64,000 bases of DNA, taken from the NCBI RefSeq assembly GCF_006345805.1, contig NC_043002.1, positions 75,082,001 to 75,146,000 on the forward strand, in the 5' to 3' direction. This DNA comes from Octopus sinensis (taxonomy: Eukaryota). Position 1 is the first letter of the stretch. Every line of letters begins with the position of its first letter. This document shows, in pieces, positions 49,937 through 61,040 of the stretch. The notes under the pieces are model-generated. The model searched no databases. It had not been told where the DNA came from and saw only the letters and a program-made list of their open reading frames with translations. Position numbers and translations under genes: made by a program.

Positions 49937-50476
49937 ACGTATAAGTGCTTGCATATGTTTTGTCATCATTCAGCTCCACCACTTTCTTTCCAAACATGTT
50001 TTAAGCTCCCCTTTCTAGTATCTCTATCTCTGTTTTCTTTCTGTCCTTTTCATTCTTCTAACCTCCTCCCTCTCCTCTCATTCCCCTCCCGTCTCACCCC
50101 TCCCTTCTCACCCCCCATCCCCTCTCCAATTAATCCAAAGAATGTAATGTTTGGCCAGAGATTGACTGAAACTGGCTTAAGAGTTGCTACCTTCTAACTC
50201 TTTGACCCACTCCTTCTACCTGTTCTGTCTTACATTCTATAACTTCCATTGTTGACAAGGAGAAAAGCTGATAAAACAGCTTTTAGAATTCAGTAATAAG
50301 ATAAATATATTTCTTAGCATTTTATGTTTTTGGAGTTGGTAGGTTTTTTTTTTATTTTTTCCTTTGGTTCCTGCAGTTTCGCCTTCACCACCACATCATC
50401 ACAATCATAACCACTACGATCATGATCGTCAATATTTGTGTCCATTTTAAAGTAAGAGGTTACATTTATTTCCTAG

Positions 50477-50517
50477 ATAAACACCTTGCTGCTAACTGGT
50501 AATGATAAAGAAATACT
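50477..50517 (+). other. Candidate 41-nt exon
   Basis: atttatttcctag|ATAAAC...AAATACT|gtaagt; only the phase-0 frame is open (INTLLLTGNDKEI). Confidence 0.2.
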
Positions 50518-51022
50518 GTAAGTAATAGCTGGTACAACTTTCAGACCAACTGTTATTTTAATGTAAGAGAAAAGGAAAAAAAAAAAAAAAAAAGATAGCG
50601 TCTATTATTATTTCTCCCTTCTGAATTATGGTTTAACCAAACTATACCTAGCTGTATATGATATTGCATTCACTTGCTTAGTGCTCTCTTTTCAACCAGC
50701 TAAAGACTTGAATATCAGCCAAATTTGCTACAGCTTTCTGTTGTTCCTTCTCTTATTTCTTTTATTGGTCTCAAACTTTGGACTACAGCTAAGCTGGGGC
50801 ACCACCTTAGGTTGTTTTAGTCAGTTGTATCAATTGCAGAACTTATTTCTGTCTGATGCTTATTTTAACAATACGTATTTTGTCAAAGTGCTAAGATACA
50901 GGACATGTAAAATAATACAACCTAAACAAAACAATACTCATTTTAACAACTTTTGGGGTAATTGCACCTGTTCATGTGCATTTGTAATGATTTAACGATT
51001 GCCGCTTCTCATTTCTTTACAG

Positions 51023-51070
51023 AAGATGGCCATATTTCCAATTTTGTGATGAGTGCCTGTGGGCACACAT
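51023..51070 (+). other. Candidate 48-nt exon
   Basis: tttaac...cttctcatttctttacag|AAGATGG...ACACAT|gtaata; strong acceptor, moderate donor; two open frames. Confidence 0.2.
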
Positions 51071-51109
51071 GTAATACTTTAGCTCACTTCACTTTTGCAA
51101 GATTTGTTG

Positions 51110-51245
51110 CAAATGTTAGAAAGAAAAAGCCTTAACTGATGACATTAACCAGGTCCTTGTGCACTCTCATTATATATATACATAATGAGAGTGCACAAGG
51201 ACCTGGTTAATGTCATCAGTAAAGGCCTTTTCTTCCTAACATTTG
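51110..51245. repeat. Inverted repeat, 64-bp arms, 8-nt loop
   Basis: 51110-51173 versus 51182-51245; 3 mismatches, all in the outer 25 bp; loop atatatac. Confidence 0.95.
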
Positions 51246-51582
51246 TGTGTGTGAGTATAAAGTATTTGCATATGTTTTGTCATCATTCTGCTCCATTGCT
51301 TACTTTCCACACGTTTTAAGCCCCCCCCCCCACTTTTAGTATCTCTTTCCCTGTATACACACACACACACACGTGTCTGAAGTAAAAGTATTTGAATTAC
51401 ACCTGTGTTAAACTCCATTTATATATATATTTTTAGAAGGCTGGTCACACCTATAAAGTGCTTAGATGTATAGGTGTGAAACCAATGGTCACTCTCTGAC
51501 CAGTCATAACAACTGCTTTCTAAATATATTACTGCTCTTAATATTTTTAGAGTGGGCTTCTTTTAAGATATATGAACTACTT

Positions 51583-51636
<54 letters not shown>

Positions 51637-51638
<2 letters not shown>

Positions 51639-51780
51639 GGAGTAACACATAAATGTGAAACAAGGTGGAAAAAAGAGTACTCAAATACCAGTGGTAGAGT
51701 AATATGCTTTATTTAAAGCAGCAGAAAATTCAACAAAATCTGATTTTGTTGAATTTTCTGCTGCTTTAAATAAAGTATAT
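51637..51780. repeat. Foldback element between (TA)n tracts; 39-bp arms around a single central T
   Basis: 51702-51740 versus 51742-51780, one mismatch near the outer edge; left side extends unpaired to 51637 (ccggagtaacacataaatgtg...). Confidence 0.93.
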
Positions 51781-52425
51781 ATATTATATATATATATATT
51801 TAATCTTTATATATTTATATACAATCTTCTGTAGATTTTTATATATAAGCATCCAGTTGTTTAACCATTTGGGTGACTGATTCATTGGTGTGCAAAGTAG
51901 CTGGCTATTTTACAGAATTGTATACCTTTATGTGATTCTCAAGTAGAATCAAAGTAACTCATATTTGACTTAGCTGGACTTTTGAATTATTGGTGCACTT
52001 CATTCTAATAAGCTTTCACAGTTTCCATTTCATTTACTCAATTTTACTCACAAAGCTTGAGTCAACATTGAATTATGGTTAAAAGCATTTGAACAAGATG
52101 CAATGCCACCCAGTGGGATTGAACTAGCTTCAGAATGGTCGCTCTTTAACTCTCTCGCACACATGTATGTTCATATACATTCGTACATGACAGGATTCTA
52201 TACAATTTCCACACACTAAATTCCACTTGCAAAACATTAGTTAACCTGACACTACAGGTTAACTAAAGGTGTTGTAAAATTAGACTAAATGCAAGGCCAT
52301 ATCCTTGCAAAATGAATTTCTTAACCACAGATTTATGTCAAACAAACATCGATTGGTCCCTTTGCCTCATTTTCTGTCTGTCCCCGCTCTCTCTCTCTCT
52401 CTCTCTCCCTATCTCTCACTCTCTA

Positions 52426-52710
52426 TATATATATTAGAAGAAATGAGGTACTCAGAAATCTTGATGGTTTTATATTTACAGGTATTTACTAGTATGTTAC
52501 ATGTTTTTATAAACCATATATCATATATTAGAGCTTTCGTCCACTCTAGTGGAGTCTTCAAATTGAGTTCAATTTGAAGACTCCACTAGAGTGGACGAAA
52601 GCTCTAATATATGATATATGGTTTATAAAAACATGTAACATATTATTAAATACCTGTAAATATAAAACCATCCAGATTTCTGAGTACCCTATTTTCCTCT
52701 AATATATAAT
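52426..52710. repeat. About 285-bp palindrome (about 140-bp arms, 2-nt centre) with hammerhead-like motif; possible Penelope-like pLTR remnant
   Basis: 52493-52566 versus 52569-52642 are perfectly complementary (74 bp); about 7 differences in the outer 67 bp. Motif TTGAAGA-C-TCCAC-TAGA-GTGGA-C-GAAA-GCTCTA at 52574-52606. The palindrome is certain; the Penelope/ribozyme identity is inference. Confidence 0.9.
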
Positions 52711-53083
52711 ACCTGTACATCATCTCCAAACCTTCTAATATATATATCAGTCTCTCTATTAAGTTAGCAGGTATAATTATTTTCATGATGTCCACTTATG
52801 ATGCACCAACCATTGCCTGTAACTTAATATGCAAATGCCAGAATGGTCTTCTTGATGTTGTTGTTTACCCCTAAATTAGACATATCTGAATTTGAGCTAT
52901 GACCATCCTCTCAGTTTTTCAGGTATAATGTACCTTGGGCCACTTTATCCAAAGTACTCAATGGTTGGGTGCAGTTTGAAGAGGATTTGACTGCTGCTTC
53001 TGTATGTATGTGTTCGTGTGCATGTGCGAGTATGTCTCTTTGTCCTGAGAGCATGTGCTAGTTGTAAGCAAGCACCATTGTCA

Positions 53084-53378
53084 TGGCTCAGTGATTAGAG
53101 CATTGAGCTTACGATTATGAGGTTGTGAGTTCGAATCCTGGACCGGGCTATGTGTTGTGTTCTTGAGCAAGACACTTTTATTTCATGCTGCTCCTGTTCA
53201 CTCAGCTGTATAAATGAGTTGTGACACCTCTGGTGCCAAGCTGTATCAGCCTTTGCCTTTCCCTTGGATAACACTGGTGATGTAGAGAGGGAAGGCCGGT
53301 ATGCATGGATGACTGCTGGTCTTCCATAAACAACTGCTAGGTGCAATCCCATGGTCAGTCATGACTGAATGGGGTCTC
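53084..53378 (+). mobile_element. SINE family C with well-preserved tRNA-like head, nested in an older A'-type element
   Basis: A-box-like tggctcagtgattag, B-box gttcgaatcc (53129-53138), then cttgagcaagacactttatttcatg (CORE-like segment), ending at (TA)n. Confidence 0.85.
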
Positions 53379-53380
53379 AG

Positions 53381-53424
<44 letters not shown>

Positions 53425-53429
<5 letters not shown>

Positions 53430-53720
53430 TACATGATGTTGTTTATATGCAATTTCTCATGAAAATATATCCAGCCATTCTACTGTTTGTGTTTGAAGGA
53501 CTGGGAGAAATATACCTTGCTGCAAATGAGTGAAGGTTGGCATCAGGAAGAGCATCCAACCATAGAAAATCTGACCTGATAAATTTGTATGAACCATCCC
53601 AAGCATGAAAACGTGGATGTGGAGACAACGGCGGTGCATCAGCATGGCCGCAGCTCTGAGCTGAAACTAGTAAAAAAAAAAAGAGAGAGAGAGAGGGAAG
53701 GAGCGATGACAATGATGATG
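53425..53720 (+). mobile_element. SINE A' 3' half with RTE-like tail
   Basis: gaaatataccttgc...gaaggttggcatcaggaagagcatccaaccatagaaaa...aagcatgaaaacgtggatgt. Confidence 0.7.
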
Positions 53721-54030
53721 ATTGCTTCCATCACTGTAATGGAATTTTTCAATAATTTATGGCATGTCATGCACAACAATATTACTATTGGTGATGACCT
53801 TCATGACTAAATTATCGGAACCCTCACCAAATAGTAGAAGAATATCCTTACTTCTTATTAGAGTGATCTGTACTTCCATGCTGTACTTGTTTACAGATAA
53901 ATAGACAGAGCCAACAGATGTGTCTGTAAAAAAATGGTTTGTTAGTATGTAGCACAGCTCTTGTTGACTTAGATTAACTCTGTTTCTCCATCCTCAATTG
54001 TCATCTTAACCACTAAGCTGTGCCAATATG

Positions 54031-54073
<43 letters not shown>

Positions 54074-54365
54074 GTTATTATTATTTTTATTATTATCTTT
54101 CTCATTCAGAAGTTTGCACTTACTTCATTAAAAAAAAACAAAGTTAAAAATGAAAGTGAAAGTTCTATCCTAGCTTTTGCACCCCTTTTTTTCCTTATAA
54201 ATTCTTGTTTGTTTGTTTGTTTGTCTTTTTTCTTTCTTCTTTTGGCTAGTTTTCATTTTCAAACTTTAAAACTAGGAGAAAAATAAAACAAAATATTCCT
54301 ACTTTATCTCAGTAAACAAGATCTTTAGAGTTGTTTTCTTATCTTTGCATTTTATTCTATTCCAT

Positions 54366-54426
<61 letters not shown>

Positions 54427-54648
54427 CATTCTGTTCTGGAACACTGTTGTTGTTCTTGTCATATTTAAACAGTTTTTAGACTTATTCAATTACCATTGCC
54501 TTGAAGGTGTTTCATCTTCGTATATTTGTGTGCAATTTTGTGTGTATATATGTGTGTGTGTGTGTGTAAGTGTATGTGTGAATGTGCTTACATGCATATT
54601 TGGTTGCGGATATGTATGTGTATCTACATATTTGTGTGTGTATGTATG

Positions 54649-54697
<49 letters not shown>

Positions 54698-55484
54698 TCG
54701 TCGTCATCATTTAACGTCCACCTTGTATACACACACACACAAACATACATACATGTATATTTATATGTGCACATACACTGACATATAGCAGTGTGCAAAC
54801 AGATAAATACATGTGTTTGTGGATGTATATATACGTGGGTGTCTTTTTTCAGTCTGATTGTGCATGTGAATGGATGTGTAGGCAAGCAATGTAGTTATGA
54901 GTGAAAGCGTGTCTAGAATCTCTATGTATGTATGTGTATATATATATGTGTGTGAATGAATTAATATGCAAGTCTATAAAGTGTGCGCACCAGTTTCTAC
55001 AATGCCCCCCTCCACTTTTCCCATCATTCCCCACACACATACTCACACACTATATTAATATATTCCTAAGAAACTGGAATAGCATTCATAAGGTAGTGGT
55101 ATGTGTGTGTGGGAGAGAGAGAAACATTAAATAGAAATGGAAAACAATCAATAAATAAGTAACAACAGAATATTCTATTTATTGTTGTTTTGTTCATACA
55201 CAGAAAAATGATTAATATTTTTTCCCCCTTTTCCCAAGCAATAATATGAAATAACATTTTAAGAATTTATTTCTGTTTCCATATTTTTCATTTTGTTGCT
55301 TATTCTTTATTTTTGTATGTGTGTGTATGTGTCAATATTACCTTATTATTATTGTTGTTGTTATTATTATTGTTATTATTATTATTATTATTATTATTAA
55401 TATTTGTGGTATTTGGTGTGTATTTTTTTGTATTATTTAAATTTTTTTTTATTTTTAATTTTACCAGTTAATAATTCATTTCAA

Positions 55485-55503
55485 TTTTTATTTTCAGGTA
55501 AGT
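55485..55503 (+). promoter_or_regulatory. Candidate recursive splice site (acceptor directly followed by consensus donor)
   Basis: tttttattttcAG|GTAAGT: AG 55496-55497, GTAAGT 55498-55503, preceded by a long T-rich tract. Confidence 0.35.
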
Positions 55504-55643
55504 AATAACAACCTTCAATATATTATTTGATCTGTGATGCTAACTTGAAGTGAGGAGAAAAGAGAAGAAAAAAAAAAAACAAATAAAGAAAAGAAAAGCC
55601 AAACAAACAAATGGAATGAAAAATAAAGAAGCGAAAAAGCAAG

Positions 55644-55695
<52 letters not shown>

Positions 55696-57026
55696 AAAGT
55701 ATACATATATAAAATAATATAAGGTAGTGTAATAAGCAAGCAGTAAATGAGAAGCTAAACTTGAGAAGTGTTGCGTTTCCATTTTAGTTAATTAAATTTT
55801 AATTGCTGATAATCATGGCTGAAAAATTGAACGGCGTAAACAATATATTAGGTGTAGAGTAATGAAGTGTGTTCTTTATTCAAAATTCCATTCTACAACT
55901 CTGATCTTGTGGCAAATGTGTTACTATTTAAAGTATCTTCTCTTCAGTTTGAACATTTGTTTTCATTATGTGTTCTAGCATATGTATTGTATATTCTCTG
56001 GGGACCGGAATGTTCCGTTTCTCCAATTGTGCTAATGAATAAAACATTGGTAGGATCAATGTGGCTTTCTATTGTCCTCTTGTTACTGTTGAAGCTGGAG
56101 AAAAATTGCCTGTAGCTTTGTCTTTCTGCTTATCTGCATTTTCTTCTCCGTCCTGCCAAATTTGCATATATCTACTACTTCACTTGAAGACATGCGTGCA
56201 TTGGCGATGCAAATGTGTGTTTCCTTTCTTTTCCTTCGTGTGCGTTTATTATATTTTTTTTTTGGTTTGTTTCAGTTTTCGTTATTTTCTTGTTTTGTTA
56301 TGTAAGTAAAGTATGTGTCCACATGTGTTTGTTTGTACATGTCTGTGTGTGTATGTGCATATGTATGCTTGTTTATACATACTTATGTGTCTGTTTGTGT
56401 GTACACTCCTGCGTAATGTGTTTATTTATTTCATGCTTTTCTGTGTGTGTTTGTGTGTATGCTCGCTTTGTATATACTTCTGTGTTTGTTCTTACCTCTG
56501 TGTGAGTATGTTTGTACATACTAGTGTGTGTATATACATGAGTGTGTTTGTTAGTGTCTGTGCATTTGTATGTATGTGTGTGTATGCATTTGTGTGTGCA
56601 TGTTAGTACATGTCTGTCTTGGTGTGTATATGTATAGATCCTTCACATGACAATGTTTTCATATATAACATACTTTCAACTATAAAGTCTTAAGTTTGGT
56701 ACTGCAGTTTGCATATACATAAGTTTGTGTGTGTGTTCTTGAACGATACATCATCTTGGTATTGCGCTCTCTTATATTCTCCTTACATTTTCTCTCTTTT
56801 CCTTTCACTTTCTGATTTACATTCTTGCTATTTTTCACTTCTTTCTTTTGTTTTGCTTGGCATCTTTCTGTTTTGATTTTAATTTTACCATTGCATCTCT
56901 AGATGTTTACAAGTTTTTGGCTTCAGACTGAAGGTACAAATTTCAAGCAATTAACTGTAGTTAAATGCATTAATTATGATGCGGCTTATCAACTTTGTTC
57001 CTATGCCACCCGCTTCCTATTTTCAG

Positions 57027-57106
57027 TAATAAGAAGCATACCTACTTTGTACCGCCACTGCCTCTGCCACATTCGCCACCACCACCTTCTTATATTGTCA
57101 CAATGA
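57027..57106 (+). CDS. Candidate coding exon, proline-rich with PPxY motif (NKKHTYFVPPLPLPHSPPPPSYIVTM)
   Basis: cttcctattttcag| acceptor and A|gtgagt donor both near consensus; 80 nt, phase-2 frame fully open. No homology recognised; (CCA)n could be a simple repeat. Confidence 0.3.
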
Positions 57107-57174
57107 GTGAGTAAAAATTTTGTTGAATAAGTGAATTTGGGATATTTTTGAAAAAAGAAAAAAAGGGTGATTGT

Positions 57175-57375
57175 TTGTTATTTAGTCCTATGTCTGATTG
57201 AACAAATCTATGATCAAAGGCATTCCAACCACGGTCACCCTAGCTTTTGTTAAACTAGTATTTCTTAAACTATATTATCTGTTGTGAATTTTTAAGTTTT
57301 AAATTATCAACATATGCCTTGAGGGAGATTTTACTGGTATTTCTAGTACCTTGGATAACCATGTAGAGGCCTCTT
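57175..57375. mobile_element. Interspersed repeat family G (related copies about 4600-4760, 11950-12140, 14150-14290, 52860-52990)
   Basis: Shared anchors gttatttag.cc, tatgatcaaaggcattcca...cc, tgagggagattt...tatttctag; copies are diverged. Confidence 0.55.
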
Positions 57376-57545
57376 CTTTTACTCTTTTGAATATGGTTTT
57401 TAAAAGTGATGAAATTTTGTTTTTTTTAAAGGTGGTGAAATCACTTGAGGTTCTTAGTTAAGTGTCCTTTAATATCTTGTTAGTTTCAGACAGTCTTCTC
57501 AAACCATTTTTTCCTCTAAATTTTTGAAGTGCTTCACATTATTTC

Positions 57546-57576
<31 letters not shown>

Positions 57577-57957
57577 TCTTGTGCCTATTTTTTTTTTCTA
57601 GCTTTTCAGTTTTCACTTTCTTACATAATGAAAAATGTATAAGAAGCATATAATAAATTCTTGTAAAATATACAAGTATACCCTCTGGGATATCTATAAA
57701 ATGTTACTGCGCTCATTTTATAATTTGGGTTGACAAATCTTATGTCTTCCTGATATTATATCAAAGACAGCTATCTGACATACACCAGCATTAAAATGGA
57801 AATAAATAGGAATTAGAATATGAAGGTGGTGGTGGTGGTGGTGGTGGTGGTGAAGTGAATGTAGTAGTGTCTGATAGTGGTGGAAATAAAGAGGCATTAA
57901 AGTATGATGATGGTGGTGGTGGTGACAGTGATGCCGGCTCCTTCAATACTGTTTTAG

Positions 57958-58018
57958 CTCATCTGGAATCAATAGGTTCACTTTATTCATCTGAGGAAAC
58001 AGTTTTATATAAGAAAAT
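57958..58018 (+). other. Candidate 61-nt exon (HLESIGSLYSSEETVLYKK)
   Basis: ctccttcaatactgttttag| acceptor, AT|gtatgg donor; phase 1 in, compatible with 57027-57106. Confidence 0.18.
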
Positions 58019-59022
58019 GTATGGTTCCTCTCTTTACTATTGATTTCAGGCTTTTAATTTGTTTGTTGTTTTTTTTTCCTTCTTATTTCTTTTAACGAAA
58101 AAGATAAAAATGAGAAGGAATAAAACTATTGCCAAAAAAAAAATGTTATAACATACCTTTATGGCTTGTCTTTTACGTGCAAAAAGAATCTTGGTTCTCA
58201 GTTCACTAAACAACTAGACACACTTGGTTTCTAGACTATGTAGCCTCAGTAATTGCAATTCTCTACTATAGATGTCTGTTACTGCACACTTTAAGTTCTC
58301 TGGTTAGTGACTATGTAATTTGTATTTACTTATTTTTATATTTAGATTGCTTTTGCAATTCTTTCTCTATCCTCTGTCTGTTCTAACTATTTGTGGTTAG
58401 AATTTCTAACATAGTTCAATCTATTAACTAAGACAAACTGCTTGGATACTTTTTTATAGTTTTTTGACTGTTGCCCTTATCTCCAATATCATTTTCATTT
58501 CTTTCTCTTAAATGTTTGTTTGTGTGCCTGTATGTGTTTAGGCCAGTTTGAAAATATATCAGATTATTTCATATGTCCATATGTGTAAACATGTGCACAT
58601 TCAAATGCAGTATTCATGGTGGCTACCACAATAATCCTACTTGGCTTTTGGGCATGGCACTAAAGATCTGTTCTATAAGAAAGTAACTCAAATGAGTTAG
58701 TGATACAATGGTGTGGTTTCCTATTGTATTTTTCTGACCCACAGCAAAACTTCAGCTCTAATCTACAAGCTAACAAAACAATAATCAGTGCTCAAACATT
58801 TTATCAATGAACTTTGTTGCTTACACTGCAATATTTAATTAAGGCTGGGGGAATGTGAGAGAATTAGTATATTTGTATCAGATGCATTTCAGAAACAGTG
58901 TTAGGATGTGAATCATTAATCGCTTGATTGCTTGTCCTGTTCCCTATCAACTCAGTCATCTGTCCTTTCTTGTTTTTAAAATATATGTTATGTCCCTTCT
59001 GTTTTCAAACTTACTTACTTAC

Positions 59023-59069
<47 letters not shown>

Positions 59070-59291
59070 GTTATTATTATTATTATTCTTTTAGCTTAGG
59101 TTTTGTTGGAACAGCTTATGATACCATGCTTTCTGGTCTTTTCAACTAATACGTTTCTGATGATTCTGGCCATGCCAAAGAGGCAGACTTATTGCTACAG
59201 TTCTGCCAGGCACTCTATTCCCTTTCCTTCATATTCCTCTTGATGCTGCCCTCATATTCCTCTGATACTGCCCTTTAAGACCCAATTAGTA

Positions 59292-59512
59292 TTGAATGAG
59301 AGAGCAATGCATGCCATCAAAATGACACTGGGGTACAAACATCCGAAGCCCAATTTACCCATCAAGACTACCCATCTGATAAGGGTACACCTGGCACATG
59401 CATCACATCCATAAGTGTGCAACATGGTGATCTCATATCAAGATAAACAGCATATGATTTTGTAGGTGGGGCCCTATTAGAATTTTCTTCAGGTCAAGTA
59501 GCTCATCCTGCT
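59292..59512. mobile_element. Family E fragment, inverted copy of 45001-45220
   Basis: gatctcatatcaagataaacagca, ctgataagggtacacc and gacactgggg are reverse complements of the 45 kb copy. Confidence 0.85.
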
Positions 59513-60894
59513 TTGTAATTAACTAATCCTCTTCCCCCAAATTTTATGTCTTGTGCTTGTAATAGAAAGTATTATTATTATTATTATTATTTTTTAATAC
59601 AATATTGATATATTTCTTGTGAGAACTTCATACGTGTTATTTCTATCTTCTTAATTTGTTGGCCTTTTTTTTTTCTTCCCTAATACACAGATGATTTCTA
59701 TATGAAAATAGTTGGTACCATGAGGAGCATCTGGCTGTTGAATGTATTCCTTTTGTATGCACTTTTAATAGACAAGAATATTATCACACACACTCTCTAT
59801 TATGCTGTTATTACAAACACTTGAGATGATGACTGTACTAAATATACTCTTGACTATTCTGAAGGTTTTTATTAACATACACAATTGATGTAATAGCTAT
59901 ATTTCCATGGCTGAATAATCTGACCAGCATGCAAGCATAACAACATCTCTATTATATTCCTTGTACTTGTTATTTTCAGTATAAGTTTGACATTCATTTG
60001 GATATTATCTATTTCTTTGCTTTTCTGTTAATTTTTTTTATTATATTTTATATTTTGTCCATTCTTTATTCCTTTATTCATTCCTTTAATATTACGAGAA
60101 GCAAAATGATAGTTGGCTTACTAGATTTCTTCACTCGTCTATTATTTTTGTTTTTCTCCTTACTTCACCAATCTGTGTTCCTAACAGCATTTGTTCTAAT
60201 GTATATTTCTATTCCCATTACTCTCTTCCTTCAGTTTCACACTTTACATTGTCACTGCCTCTGCCATAGAAAATAACAGCAGTACTCTGTGTGTGTGAGA
60301 GGGAGAGAGAGTGAGAGAGATAGTATACACATTCACACACATTGTTTTGTCTAGCTATATGAGCACATACACCCAGATTTAGTGACAAGGAGCAGGGACT
60401 CAGAAATTATTCTCGCCCTTGAGAATTGAAAGATTTGCTTTATCTAACCCCCTGATTGATTACTACTGCTTGCAGATGCGATAATAAATATGTCTCTTGG
60501 TAGCAAAATAATTGTGCATCTGTCATTGCACAGACATTGGATATTTTAATGTAAGTCCATCTTTCATCCCACCATGAAACCTGTTAAACGCTTCTTCTAT
60601 AGAGAATTTCTGCCTACTCTAGTCTCTTAACAGAGGACTACAGCAGTCTTGGGTCAGTTTGATATAATAACCACATATCTCTTTTCGTTTGACTAAGGAA
60701 TTCTTTTCATGCTAGCCTGCAGAGTCAGTAGCTGAGTAGATAAAATATTTTCCCCTCGGCTGTAGTGCCTTGAGCTTGTGCCCTATTACAATTTTGGCAT
60801 TTCAATTTTGGTAGGACACTTAACATTCTTGCTCCACTTGCACAGAACCTGAAAATGTTTAAATTTGGTGGAAAAGATATAAAGCTGGAAATAG

Positions 60895-61040
60895 AAGCGG
60901 ACATGGCTGTGTGGTTAAGAAGTCCACTTTCCAACCATATTTCAATGGAGCAAGTGTTGTCTTCTACAAATGCTTCAGGTTGACCAATGCCTTATGAATG
61001 AAATACAGTAGAAGGAAATTGTATAGAAGCCCATCCTCTC
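60895..61040 (+). mobile_element. SINE family A degenerate 5' fragment
   Basis: catggctgtgtggttaagaagt...caagtgttgtcttctac...ccaatgccttatgaatg. Confidence 0.6.

Noticed and set aside
51136-51142. CTGATGA in the 51110-51245 hairpin as a hammerhead core
   Set aside because: No downstream GAAA half or stem II.
51110-52710. Palindromes as pure assembly or chimeric-read artefacts
   Set aside because: Arms contain substitutions and an indel toward their edges, which artefactual fold-backs would not show; long-read confirmation is still desirable.
53084-53150. tRNA gene
   Set aside because: A/B boxes are present but there is no pairing acceptor stem, and the sequence runs into a SINE body shared with other copies.
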